A program made the translations under genes and the position numbers. A stretch of DNA of 64,000 nt. It comes from Minisyncoccota bacterium. GTDB taxonomy: Bacteria > Patescibacteriota > Minisyncoccia > UBA6257 > 2-01-FULL-56-20. Position 1 is the stretch's first letter. Each line of letters starts with the position of its first letter. Positions 9,007 to 16,337 of the stretch are shown piece after piece. The notes beneath the pieces are model-generated. The model had not been told where the DNA came from and did no database searches. It worked only from the letters and a program-made list of their open reading frames with translations. The DNA is taken from positions 394 through 64,393 of the forward strand of contig JBAYLC010000003.1 of assembly GCA_041664245.1 (NCBI GenBank). Reading direction: 5' to 3'.

Positions 9007-11532
9007 TTATTTCTTTAATTCGCCTAGATTTTGCCCAACCGAGATATCAACTTTTAACGGCAAACCCAAGTCAAAAACCCTTTCCATTATCTTTAAAACC
9101 TCGGCTTTGACTATTTGAATAATATCATCGTGAACCTCCAAGAGCAATTCGTCATGGATCGAAAGAATCATTTTCGCTTTATTTCTAAAAACACTGTTGT
9201 CAGCTAGATAATTCCTGGTTTGAATCATGGATAATTTAATTATATCGGCCGCTAATCCTTGTATGGGTTGATTTATCGCCGCCCGTTCCGCCTCCGCGAT
9301 CAGCCGTTGCGCTCCCGAATTTATTCCTGGCAAATACCGCCTTCGGTTTGTCTTGGTTTTAACGTAACCGTTCTGCCGAACTTGTCGTTTAATTTCTTCC
9401 TGCCACTCTTTAATTCTAGAAAACTCCTTAAAGTAAGCGTCAATAAAATCTTGGGCTTGGGTTCGTTTCAAACCGCTCGTTTTAGAAAAAGCGGAAACAC
9501 CCATGCCGTAAATCAAGCCAAAATTTAAAGTTTTTGCCAGCCGTCTTTCTTCTGGCCCCACTTTGCTGATTGGAATCTTAAGGATCTTCGAAGCGGTAAG
9601 AGAGTGAATATCTTGTCCTTTTTGGAACGCCTCAGTCATTTTTTCATCCTCACTCAAAGATGCTAGGATCCTAAGCTCGATTTGAGAATAATCAAATGCT
9701 AAAAATGAAAAATTTTTTGGCGCTTCAAATGCCATCCTTAATTCTTTCGCCCAAACTGAACCCTGGGGAATATTCTGTAAATTTGGTGATTTAGAACTAA
9801 GCCGCCCAGTTGCCGCTCCGGTCTGAATAAATTCGGTGTGCAACCTCCCTTCGTTATCAACTAAACTTTGGAATGGCCGCACGTAAGTCGTTTGAATCTT
9901 AAAATGCTCCCGATAATCAATAATCGAATCAATAATTTCATGCTGGCCGCGAAGAGCCAACAAACTCTCAAAATTTGTAGACCTCTCTCCACCTTCCGTC
10001 CGCCGGGCTAACTTAGCGTTTACGCCCAATTTGTCAAAAATAATTTTTCCAACCTGTTGGGGTGAATTGATGTTGAATTCCTCGCCCGCCAATTTGTAAA
10101 TTATTCCAGTCAGTTTTTCGAGCTCAATATCTATTTTCTCTTCAAGAGCCTTAAGTTTGGAAATATTAGTTAAAATCCCAACGCTCTCCATCTCGGCCAA
10201 AACCCCGATAAGCGGCATCTCAATTTTCTGAAAAATTTCCTCCATCTCATATTCTTTTATCTTCTTCGCTGTAAAGTTATAAGCCAATTTCAAATCATCC
10301 TCGTTACCCCGAAATTCTCGCCGTAAAAATTGCTTGAAAACCGCCTCCGGCTCATAATCCTTAAAATCAGGATCCAGCAACCAAAACGCTACCCCTAAAT
10401 CAAAATAAGGCTCCTTCAAATCTTTCCCATTTCGCCATAAATTCTTTATTAAATTTTTTAACCCAAAACCAACTTTTAATTTATCAGAACTAAAATCCCT
10501 GCTTTCTGGATTCTCCCCAAAAATCAAAATCTCGCCGTTAGTTTCAAAAACCTCAGACTTTTTCTGAGTTCCAAAAATCGAGCCCTGCCCCGCCTTTATT
10601 GGAACTTCTTTTGTTGTTTTAATTTTCCCACCAAAAACTACCTCTTTGATATTAGAAGTAGGCAATTCGGCTCCTCCATTCATTCGCTTCACCAAACTCT
10701 CAAATCCAAGATCTCGAAAATAATTTGCCAGTTGTTCTCCGTCTCGCTCCATTACCAATTCATCTAAATTACCCACCTTAACCGGCGCCTTCATTTCCAA
10801 AATAACCAACGACTTCGCAAATTCTGCCTTCTCTTTAGTTCCCTCAAGTTTTTTGGCCGCTTTTGGATCTTTATCTAAATTACGATAGATATTATCGAGC
10901 GTTCTGTATTTTTTTAAAAGCTCGCTGGCTGTTTTCGGTCCAATCCCCGGCACTCCTTTAATATTATCCGAAGCGTCTCCGATTAAAGCCTTATAGTCAG
11001 TCAGTTGTTTTGGTTCTAAGTCGTAGCGCGCTTTAACTGCCGCCTCGTCGTAAGTAAAAGTGTCACTCACCCCCCGCCGGAAAGTTTTAACCACTAATTT
11101 CTCGCCCTCCACCATCTGCAAAGTATCAAGGTCACCGGTTAAGATCATCACCCTCACCCCCGGTTCCGATTTAAATTTCTGGGCTAAAGTAGCAATCAAG
11201 TCGTCCGCTTCATAACCGGGAATTTCAAAAGTCTTGATTCCAAATTTAGGAAACAAATCTCTCGCCGCAATAATTTGCTCCACTAAATTATCCGGCGCCT
11301 TCGGTCGTTGAGCCTTATATTCCTTAAATCTTTCTTTCCGAAAAGTCGGCTCCGGTCGGTCAAAAAGTGCCGCCGCATAGTCGGGTTTATCTTCTTTTAA
11401 AATTCGAAGAAGAATATTGGAAACGCCATAGAGCGCTTGTGTCGCCCGCCCATCCGGCGCTGTTAAAGGCGGCAAGGCGTGGAAACACCGGTGAATTAAG
11501 GAATTAGCGTCAATAAGTAATAGGGTTTTCAC
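9007..11532 (-). CDS. polA: DNA polymerase I (5'-3' exonuclease + polymerase domains)
   Basis: The 841 aa product has an N-terminal 5'-3' exonuclease domain (LLLIDANSLIHRCFHAL), polymerase motif A (LSIHDELLLEV) and the O-helix (RRLAKTLNFGLIYGMG). Confidence 0.95.
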   Translation of the reverse strand: MKTLLLIDANSLIHRCFHALPPLTAPDGRATQALYGVSNILLRILKEDKPDYAAALFDRPEPTFRKERFKEYKAQRPKAPDNLVEQIIAARDLFPKFGIKTFEIPGYEADDLIATLAQKFKSEPGVRVMILTGDLDTLQMVEGEKLVVKTFRRGVSDTFTYDEAAVKARYDLEPKQLTDYKALIGDASDNIKGVPGIGPKTASELLKKYRTLDNIYRNLDKDPKAAKKLEGTKEKAEFAKSLVILEMKAPVKVGNLDELVMERDGEQLANYFRDLGFESLVKRMNGGAELPTSNIKEVVFGGKIKTTKEVPIKAGQGSIFGTQKKSEVFETNGEILIFGENPESRDFSSDKLKVGFGLKNLIKNLWRNGKDLKEPYFDLGVAFWLLDPDFKDYEPEAVFKQFLRREFRGNEDDLKLAYNFTAKKIKEYEMEEIFQKIEMPLIGVLAEMESVGILTNISKLKALEEKIDIELEKLTGIIYKLAGEEFNINSPQQVGKIIFDKLGVNAKLARRTEGGERSTNFESLLALRGQHEIIDSIIDYREHFKIQTTYVRPFQSLVDNEGRLHTEFIQTGAATGRLSSKSPNLQNIPQGSVWAKELRMAFEAPKNFSFLAFDYSQIELRILASLSEDEKMTEAFQKGQDIHSLTASKILKIPISKVGPEERRLAKTLNFGLIYGMGVSAFSKTSGLKRTQAQDFIDAYFKEFSRIKEWQEEIKRQVRQNGYVKTKTNRRRYLPGINSGAQRLIAEAERAAINQPIQGLAADIIKLSMIQTRNYLADNSVFRNKAKMILSIHDELLLEVHDDIIQIVKAEVLKIMERVFDLGLPLKVDISVGQNLGELKK

Positions 11533-11558
11533 TCCTATATTATAATCTAGCGAGCCCC

Positions 11559-11981
11559 TTAAAGGTAATGCTCGAATTCCTTCGGTAACCGGTTAATTTC
11601 GTTTAAATAAAAAATCATTCTTTTAAAATCACTGTTTCCCTCCAAATAGGTTTTTTCTTCTAATCCGCTGGCTTGATGATTGGAAATTTTTTCCCTCAAT
11701 TCCTTTAGGGCTTTTTCATGGCCTAAAATATAATTTCTTATTTCCTCCTCACTCATAAGCTCGCCAACAGTCGCAGTTTGATTTTCCCTCATCTTTTTTT
11801 CTACCCCTCTCATATGACTTTCTAAATCTCCGCTCCCAAAAGAACTTCCCACATCCTTTTGGTCGCCAAAAGATTGCTCCAGAAATATTTTTGGAGGGCT
11901 TTCAGTCTCCCCACCCTTCATTGGATTTACTATCTCTTTTTCCCCTCCGCTAATTTTTGGCTCTCCAACCTCCGAATTCAT
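11559..11981 (-). CDS. hypothetical protein (acidic, low complexity)
   Basis: This 140 aa ORF sits in an operon between polA and tsaE. Confidence 0.5.
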   Translation of the reverse strand: MNSEVGEPKISGGEKEIVNPMKGGETESPPKIFLEQSFGDQKDVGSSFGSGDLESHMRGVEKKMRENQTATVGELMSEEEIRNYILGHEKALKELREKISNHQASGLEEKTYLEGNSDFKRMIFYLNEINRLPKEFEHYL

Positions 11982-12001
11982 CTTTTTATAATACCACGAA
12001 T

Positions 12002-12487
12002 CTATCTTGCTATTTTTATTAACCTTTCATTCTCTTTTTTCCCGTGCTTGAATTCAATTTTCCGAATATTCTTCGGCAAAATATTCTTAATCCGTTCCGG
12101 CCACTCAATTAAAACTATATTCTTTGGATTTTCCAGAATTTCTTTGATTCCTAAAATTTTTAGTTCGTCCGCTTTTTTAATCCGATAACAATCAAAATGA
12201 TAGACATTAGTAAACGGCAAATCACGAAGCGCAAATCGCTTAAAAATCACAAACGTTGGACTCTGCGCTTTTCCCCGAATTCCCAGCCCGCGCAAAAATC
12301 CTTGTGTAAAAGTTGTCTTTCCGCTTCCCAAATCCCCCTTTAAAGCCAAAACCACCGCCCCTTTGCGGCTTGATACCTGACACTTGCTTGCCCCGAAGTA
12401 TCTTGAGGGGATACTTGATACTTTTTTCGCCACCTCACTGCCAACTTTCTTCGTCTCGTCTGAAGAATAAGTTCGATAAGTATTCAT
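12002..12487 (-). CDS. tsaE: tRNA threonylcarbamoyladenosine biosynthesis protein TsaE
   Basis: It has a P-loop, GDLGSGKTTFTQG, and an SPTF motif. The annotated start overlaps the upstream gene's end by 53 nt, so an internal start is possible. Confidence 0.8.
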   Translation of the reverse strand: MNTYRTYSSDETKKVGSEVAKKVSSIPSRYFGASKCQVSSRKGAVVLALKGDLGSGKTTFTQGFLRGLGIRGKAQSPTFVIFKRFALRDLPFTNVYHFDCYRIKKADELKILGIKEILENPKNIVLIEWPERIKNILPKNIRKIEFKHGKKENERLIKIAR

Positions 12488-12995
12488 TTCTTTTTATTAA
12501 AAAAATAATCAGGGCGGTTATAAAGATAGCGCTTCCCAAAGCCAAAATCAAAATCTCGCCGAATCCTAAACCGTCATTTATCGGCCGGCCAAATTCAAAA
12601 TTTGTTTTCGCCCCCTCGACCTGAGCTAAAAATCTATTTACCTCTCCCGGTGTCGGTTCAGTCGCCAAAAAAATTCCGGAATCAGTTCGGCTAAAACTTT
12701 TTCCCTCCGCCGCCGATCCATAAAAAGCCGCCGTCTGTATCAAACTTCCCTTCGGGTCGTATAATTTCAATTCGCCGTTTTGATTTTGAAGCGCCAATTT
12801 AGTTTCGCTTCTCTTTAAAACCTTATATTCTCCGGAAGCAATCTCGCCTTTCAAATAAAACTTTTTGCCGGAATTATTTTCGATTCGCCAGCCATTCAAA
12901 CTAAGCGGTTGTCCGCCGCTATTAAAAATCTCCATCCATTCACCCGCTGTATCATTGCCAACTGGATTCGGCAACCACTCATTAATTAATATCAT
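12435..12995 (-). CDS. lamin tail domain (LTD) protein with C-terminal TM anchor
   Basis: It has the LTD signature INEWLPNPVGNDTAGEWMEIFN and a C-terminal hydrophobic helix. Confidence 0.7.
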   Translation of the reverse strand: MILINEWLPNPVGNDTAGEWMEIFNSGGQPLSLNGWRIENNSGKKFYLKGEIASGEYKVLKRSETKLALQNQNGELKLYDPKGSLIQTAAFYGSAAEGKSFSRTDSGIFLATEPTPGEVNRFLAQVEGAKTNFEFGRPINDGLGFGEILILALGSAIFITALIIFLIKRNEYLSNLFFRRDEESWQ

Positions 12996-13004
12996 AACGC
13001 AAAT

Positions 13005-14009
13005 CTACAGGAGTTCTCCTTTTCTTTTTATTCCCAAATGCTCATACGCCGCCGGCATCACCAACCGCCCCGCCGACGATCGCTGCAAAAATCCCAAACT
13101 CATCAAATACGGTTCGTAGATATCCTCGATCACCCCTCTCTCTTCATTCAGGGCCGCCGCCAAAGTATTAATTCCCACCGGCCCCCCGCTGAATTTATTT
13201 ATGATTATTTCGAGTAGTCGCCGGTCGCTCGGCTCGAGTCCCCGCTCATCGATATCCAAAAGTTTTAATGTTTCGAACGCCATCTCTGCTTTTATTATTC
13301 CGTCGCCGTGAACCTCAGCATAATCTCTCGCTCGTTTTAAAAGTCGATTGGCAATTCTCGGCGTCGCCCGCGAAGCTTGGGCCAAGATATCCACCGCCTC
13401 CGACGCCACTTTCACTCCCAAAATCTTCGCCGATCGGCCAATTATAGTCTTGATATCTTTCGGGTCGTAATAATTAAGTCGAAACGTCGCCCCAAATCGC
13501 GATCGAAGCGGTCCCGAAAGCAAATTTTCTCTCGTTGTCGCCGCAATCAAAGTAAACGCTGGCAAGTCCAAAGTTAAACTCCGCGCGCTTGGCCCCTTGC
13601 CAACCATTAAATGAAGTTTTCGACTCTCCATCGCCGGATAGAGCACCTCTTCAATTAATCTATTCATCCGATGAGCTTCATCAATAAATAAAATCTCCCC
13701 CTCTTCGAGGTTAGTTAAAATCGCCGCCACATCCCCCGCCCGTTCCAAAGCCGGCCCGGAAGTAACCTTCACTGCCGCTCCAAATTCTTTTGCCACTAAA
13801 TATGCCAACGTTGTTTTACCTAATCCAGCCGGTCCGCAAAAAAGAAGGTGATCAATTGATTCATTTCTTTTTTTTGCCGCCGTCATAATAATCCGCAAAT
13901 TATCCTTTATCCTTTCCTGGCCAACATATTCATCCCAAGAAGTCGGCCGCAAAGCCTGATCAATCGTAGCATCCTCTTTATTCAAGTCATTTTTCTTCTC
14001 CAATTTCAT
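13005..14009 (-). CDS. ruvB: Holliday junction branch migration ATPase RuvB
   Basis: It carries Walker A (GPAGLGKTT), Walker B (LFIDEAHR) and sensor motifs. The track ORF extends to 14069, but MKLEKK at 14009 aligns with the RuvB N-terminus. Confidence 0.9.
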   Translation of the reverse strand: MKLEKKNDLNKEDATIDQALRPTSWDEYVGQERIKDNLRIIMTAAKKRNESIDHLLFCGPAGLGKTTLAYLVAKEFGAAVKVTSGPALERAGDVAAILTNLEEGEILFIDEAHRMNRLIEEVLYPAMESRKLHLMVGKGPSARSLTLDLPAFTLIAATTRENLLSGPLRSRFGATFRLNYYDPKDIKTIIGRSAKILGVKVASEAVDILAQASRATPRIANRLLKRARDYAEVHGDGIIKAEMAFETLKLLDIDERGLEPSDRRLLEIIINKFSGGPVGINTLAAALNEERGVIEDIYEPYLMSLGFLQRSSAGRLVMPAAYEHLGIKRKGELL

Positions 14010-14122
14010 AACTACAATATACAACTCCTGGGGAATCAAAGGCAAACAATCGACTTGACAAGCTTTCAAAATCCAACGAAAATAACGTTCCGTAGGTCAT
14101 TTTCGGTTCCAGAATCTCCTTC

Positions 14123-14151
14123 TTGACAAATTAAAAATAGTATGCTAGAAT
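14123..14151 (+). promoter_or_regulatory. sigma70-type promoter TTGACA-N17-TAGAAT
   Basis: The sequence matches a consensus -35 and a near-consensus -10 with 17 nt spacing. Confidence 0.6.
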
Positions 14152-14157
14152 ATCCAG

Positions 14158-14368
14158 GCAATTGAAGATAGTTGTTTTAAATCTGGGGTAAGGAATTAAT
14201 CCTAGTTAACGGACGGTTTGGCTCCGGCGAGACCCATCCTCGGAATAATTCTTCGCTCTTCTAAATTTCATTTAGAAGGGTCTCTCGCCGCCCTTCCCAT
14301 AAGGTTGGCCCCCAGATTTAAAATAACTACCCACCCGCTCAACTTCCAAGTTGGGTGGGTTTCGTTTT
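14158..14368 (+). ncRNA. candidate sRNA (~210 nt) between promoter and intrinsic terminator; rod-like long imperfect hairpin
   Basis: A 14 bp closing helix pairs ttttaaatctgggg with ccccagatttaaaa. An inner stem pairs ccggcgagaccc with gggtctctcgccg, and there is an apical hairpin ttctaaat/atttagaa. The 3' terminator is acccaccc..gggtgggt followed by a T-run. There is no ORF. Confidence 0.5.
14329..14368 (+). terminator. intrinsic terminator (acccaccc-loop-gggtgggt + TTCGTTTTT)
   Basis: An 8 bp GC-rich stem is followed by a T-run. Confidence 0.7.
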
Positions 14369-14463
14369 TCTCCCCTTCTCTAAATAAATCTCTACTTTTT
14401 CTGTAAGCGAGTATTTTTAGAAGCTTTTTGAATACTTCAAAGAAAAGCGACTTTTCTGTTTTT

Positions 14464-14568
14464 AGGGAGCTATCGGAAGTTTCAAAAGCTTGGTCCCCGT
14501 CACAACGGGGTTTTGAAACCGAGATGCAGGCGCGCTTAGCCGCTGGAAGCTAAGCGACGCCGGTCCCT
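14464..14568. ncRNA. unclassified structured RNA motif, copy A (P1 AGGGA/TCCCT; P2 9 bp; P3 hairpin after conserved GCTTGGT; conserved CCGAGAWGCAGGCGC; P4 hairpin with loop CGCTGGAA)
   Basis: It is a paralogue of the element at 49754-49860. All stems are preserved through compensatory changes. It lies in intergenic sequence directly 3' of the pilB stop. Strand is undetermined. Confidence 0.55.
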
Positions 14569-14591
14569 AAAAACAGAAGAGGAGCGCTCGC

Positions 14592-16277
14592 TTAAACCCC
14601 AATTAACCCCGTCACTTTCTCCACCTCATCAAAAGTCGTAATCCCATCTAAAACTTTTAGAATGCCATCTTCCTGCATCGTTACCATTCCCTGGCTAATT
14701 GCGAATTTTCGAAGCGTCACCTCTGAAGCTTCTTTCAAAATTATTTCTTCAAATTCAGCCCCAGCTTCCAAAAATTCAAAAATTCCAATTCTTCCCTTAT
14801 AACCAAAACCATTGCACTCATTACATCCCACCACTTCGTAAATTGTCCGCCCCGCCGATAAATCATATTTTTCTCTATTTACCCTCTCCGGCATTTTTTC
14901 TATCAGCTCTTTAATCTTATTTAGCTCTTCGGCAGCCAAATGCTTTTCTTTTTTGCACTTATCACAAAGCCTTCTTACTAGCCTTTGGGCAATAACCAAA
15001 CTAAGCGCCGGCCCGATTGTCGGCGTTTTTACTCCCAAATCAACCAATCGGGGAACTGCCCCGATCGCGTCGTTGGTATGGAGCGTCGAGAAAACCACGT
15101 GTCCGGTCAAGGCCGCCTGCATTGCAATCTCCGCAGTTTCCAAATCCCTAACCTCGCCAACCAAGATCACATCCGGATCCTGCCTAACAATTGCCCTCAA
15201 CCCTTTTGCAAAAGTGTATTGCGCGCTCGGGTCCACTTGTGTCTGTTCAATTCCCTCGAGCCGATATTCGATAGGATCTTCAATTGTAATAATTTTTGTT
15301 TCCGAGCTGGAGAGAGATTGCAAAAACGCGTAGAGCGTCGTTGTTTTTCCTGATCCGGTCGGTCCCGTATTTAAAACTAATCCGTTTGGCTTGCCTAATT
15401 GTTTTTTCACAATTTCCAAATCATCTTCCCGAAGTCCCAAATCTTTAAGTCCAACTTTTATCGCGTCAGGATTTAATATCCTCATCACAATCGTCTCGCC
15501 GAATTCCGAAGGAATAATTGAAACTCTCATCTCAATTTCCTTCCCTGCTACATTAATTGTGAATCGCCCGTCTTGCGGTTCATTGCGGACATTTATCTTC
15601 AGCCCTGAGAGAAGTTTAATCCGCGAAACTAATTTTTCATAACTTATTCTCGGTAAATTACTCAAAACATCATGAAGAAGACCGTCCACTCTGAATCGCA
15701 CCCTCACAATTTCTTCTCCGGCTTCGAAGTGGATATCCGATGCCCGGCTTATTAGTCCCTCTGCCAAAACCATTTCGAAAATATCCGTCGTGCTGAGTGT
15801 TGCAAAATTAGAACCCTCTAACTCCTCTTTAAATACTTGAATGCTAACCCATCGCTTTGTAAATTCGCCGAACTTTTGTTTGTCGATTCCCACCTTGCCG
15901 GTGATATCTTTCGCCTCCGGTGATACATATTCATAAAAAGCCCAAGCCTGTTTAACACTACTAAGCGAAGCTACAAAAACTTTAACTTTATATTTTTTTA
16001 ATTCCAAATCTTTTATCACCTCCGCCACTTCGGGGAAACGGGGATCCGTCGTCACCACCGCCAGCTTCTGAACGCTAATCTCCACTGCTGCCAGTTTAGC
16101 TTGCTTTGCCTTTTCCTCCGGAACTAATTTAACCGCCTCTAAGGCAATTGCCGCCTTACTTAAATCGAGGTAGGGATATCCTATCTCTTCTGCTAAACGC
16201 TTGGCAGCCCTTTCCTCCGAGTCTCTTCGGAGTCTCCCCAATTTCTGTTCAATCGGTATTGAGTTATTATTCGCCAT
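14592..16277 (-). CDS. pilB: type IV pilus assembly / type II secretion ATPase (GspE/PilB family)
   Basis: The 561 aa product has Walker A (GPTGSGKTTT), Asp/His boxes and a tetracysteine motif, CDKC..CNEC. Confidence 0.9.
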   Translation of the reverse strand: MANNNSIPIEQKLGRLRRDSEERAAKRLAEEIGYPYLDLSKAAIALEAVKLVPEEKAKQAKLAAVEISVQKLAVVTTDPRFPEVAEVIKDLELKKYKVKVFVASLSSVKQAWAFYEYVSPEAKDITGKVGIDKQKFGEFTKRWVSIQVFKEELEGSNFATLSTTDIFEMVLAEGLISRASDIHFEAGEEIVRVRFRVDGLLHDVLSNLPRISYEKLVSRIKLLSGLKINVRNEPQDGRFTINVAGKEIEMRVSIIPSEFGETIVMRILNPDAIKVGLKDLGLREDDLEIVKKQLGKPNGLVLNTGPTGSGKTTTLYAFLQSLSSSETKIITIEDPIEYRLEGIEQTQVDPSAQYTFAKGLRAIVRQDPDVILVGEVRDLETAEIAMQAALTGHVVFSTLHTNDAIGAVPRLVDLGVKTPTIGPALSLVIAQRLVRRLCDKCKKEKHLAAEELNKIKELIEKMPERVNREKYDLSAGRTIYEVVGCNECNGFGYKGRIGIFEFLEAGAEFEEIILKEASEVTLRKFAISQGMVTMQEDGILKVLDGITTFDEVEKVTGLIGV

Positions 16278-16337
16278 TAGTTAAAATTTATATGATTAAT
16301 ACTATTATAGTTCAAATTAAATAATCCCCAAAATAAA

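Noticed and set aside
14450-14590. The paralogous RNA motifs as SRP RNA, RNase P RNA, or attL/attR ends of a 35 kb integrated element.
   Set aside because: They do not match the SRP domain IV consensus GGAAGCAGCC..GCAGATGACG or the RNase P P4 sequences. The two copies differ by compensatory stem changes rather than being near-identical, and the 35 kb between them is core housekeeping genes. That rules out island boundaries.
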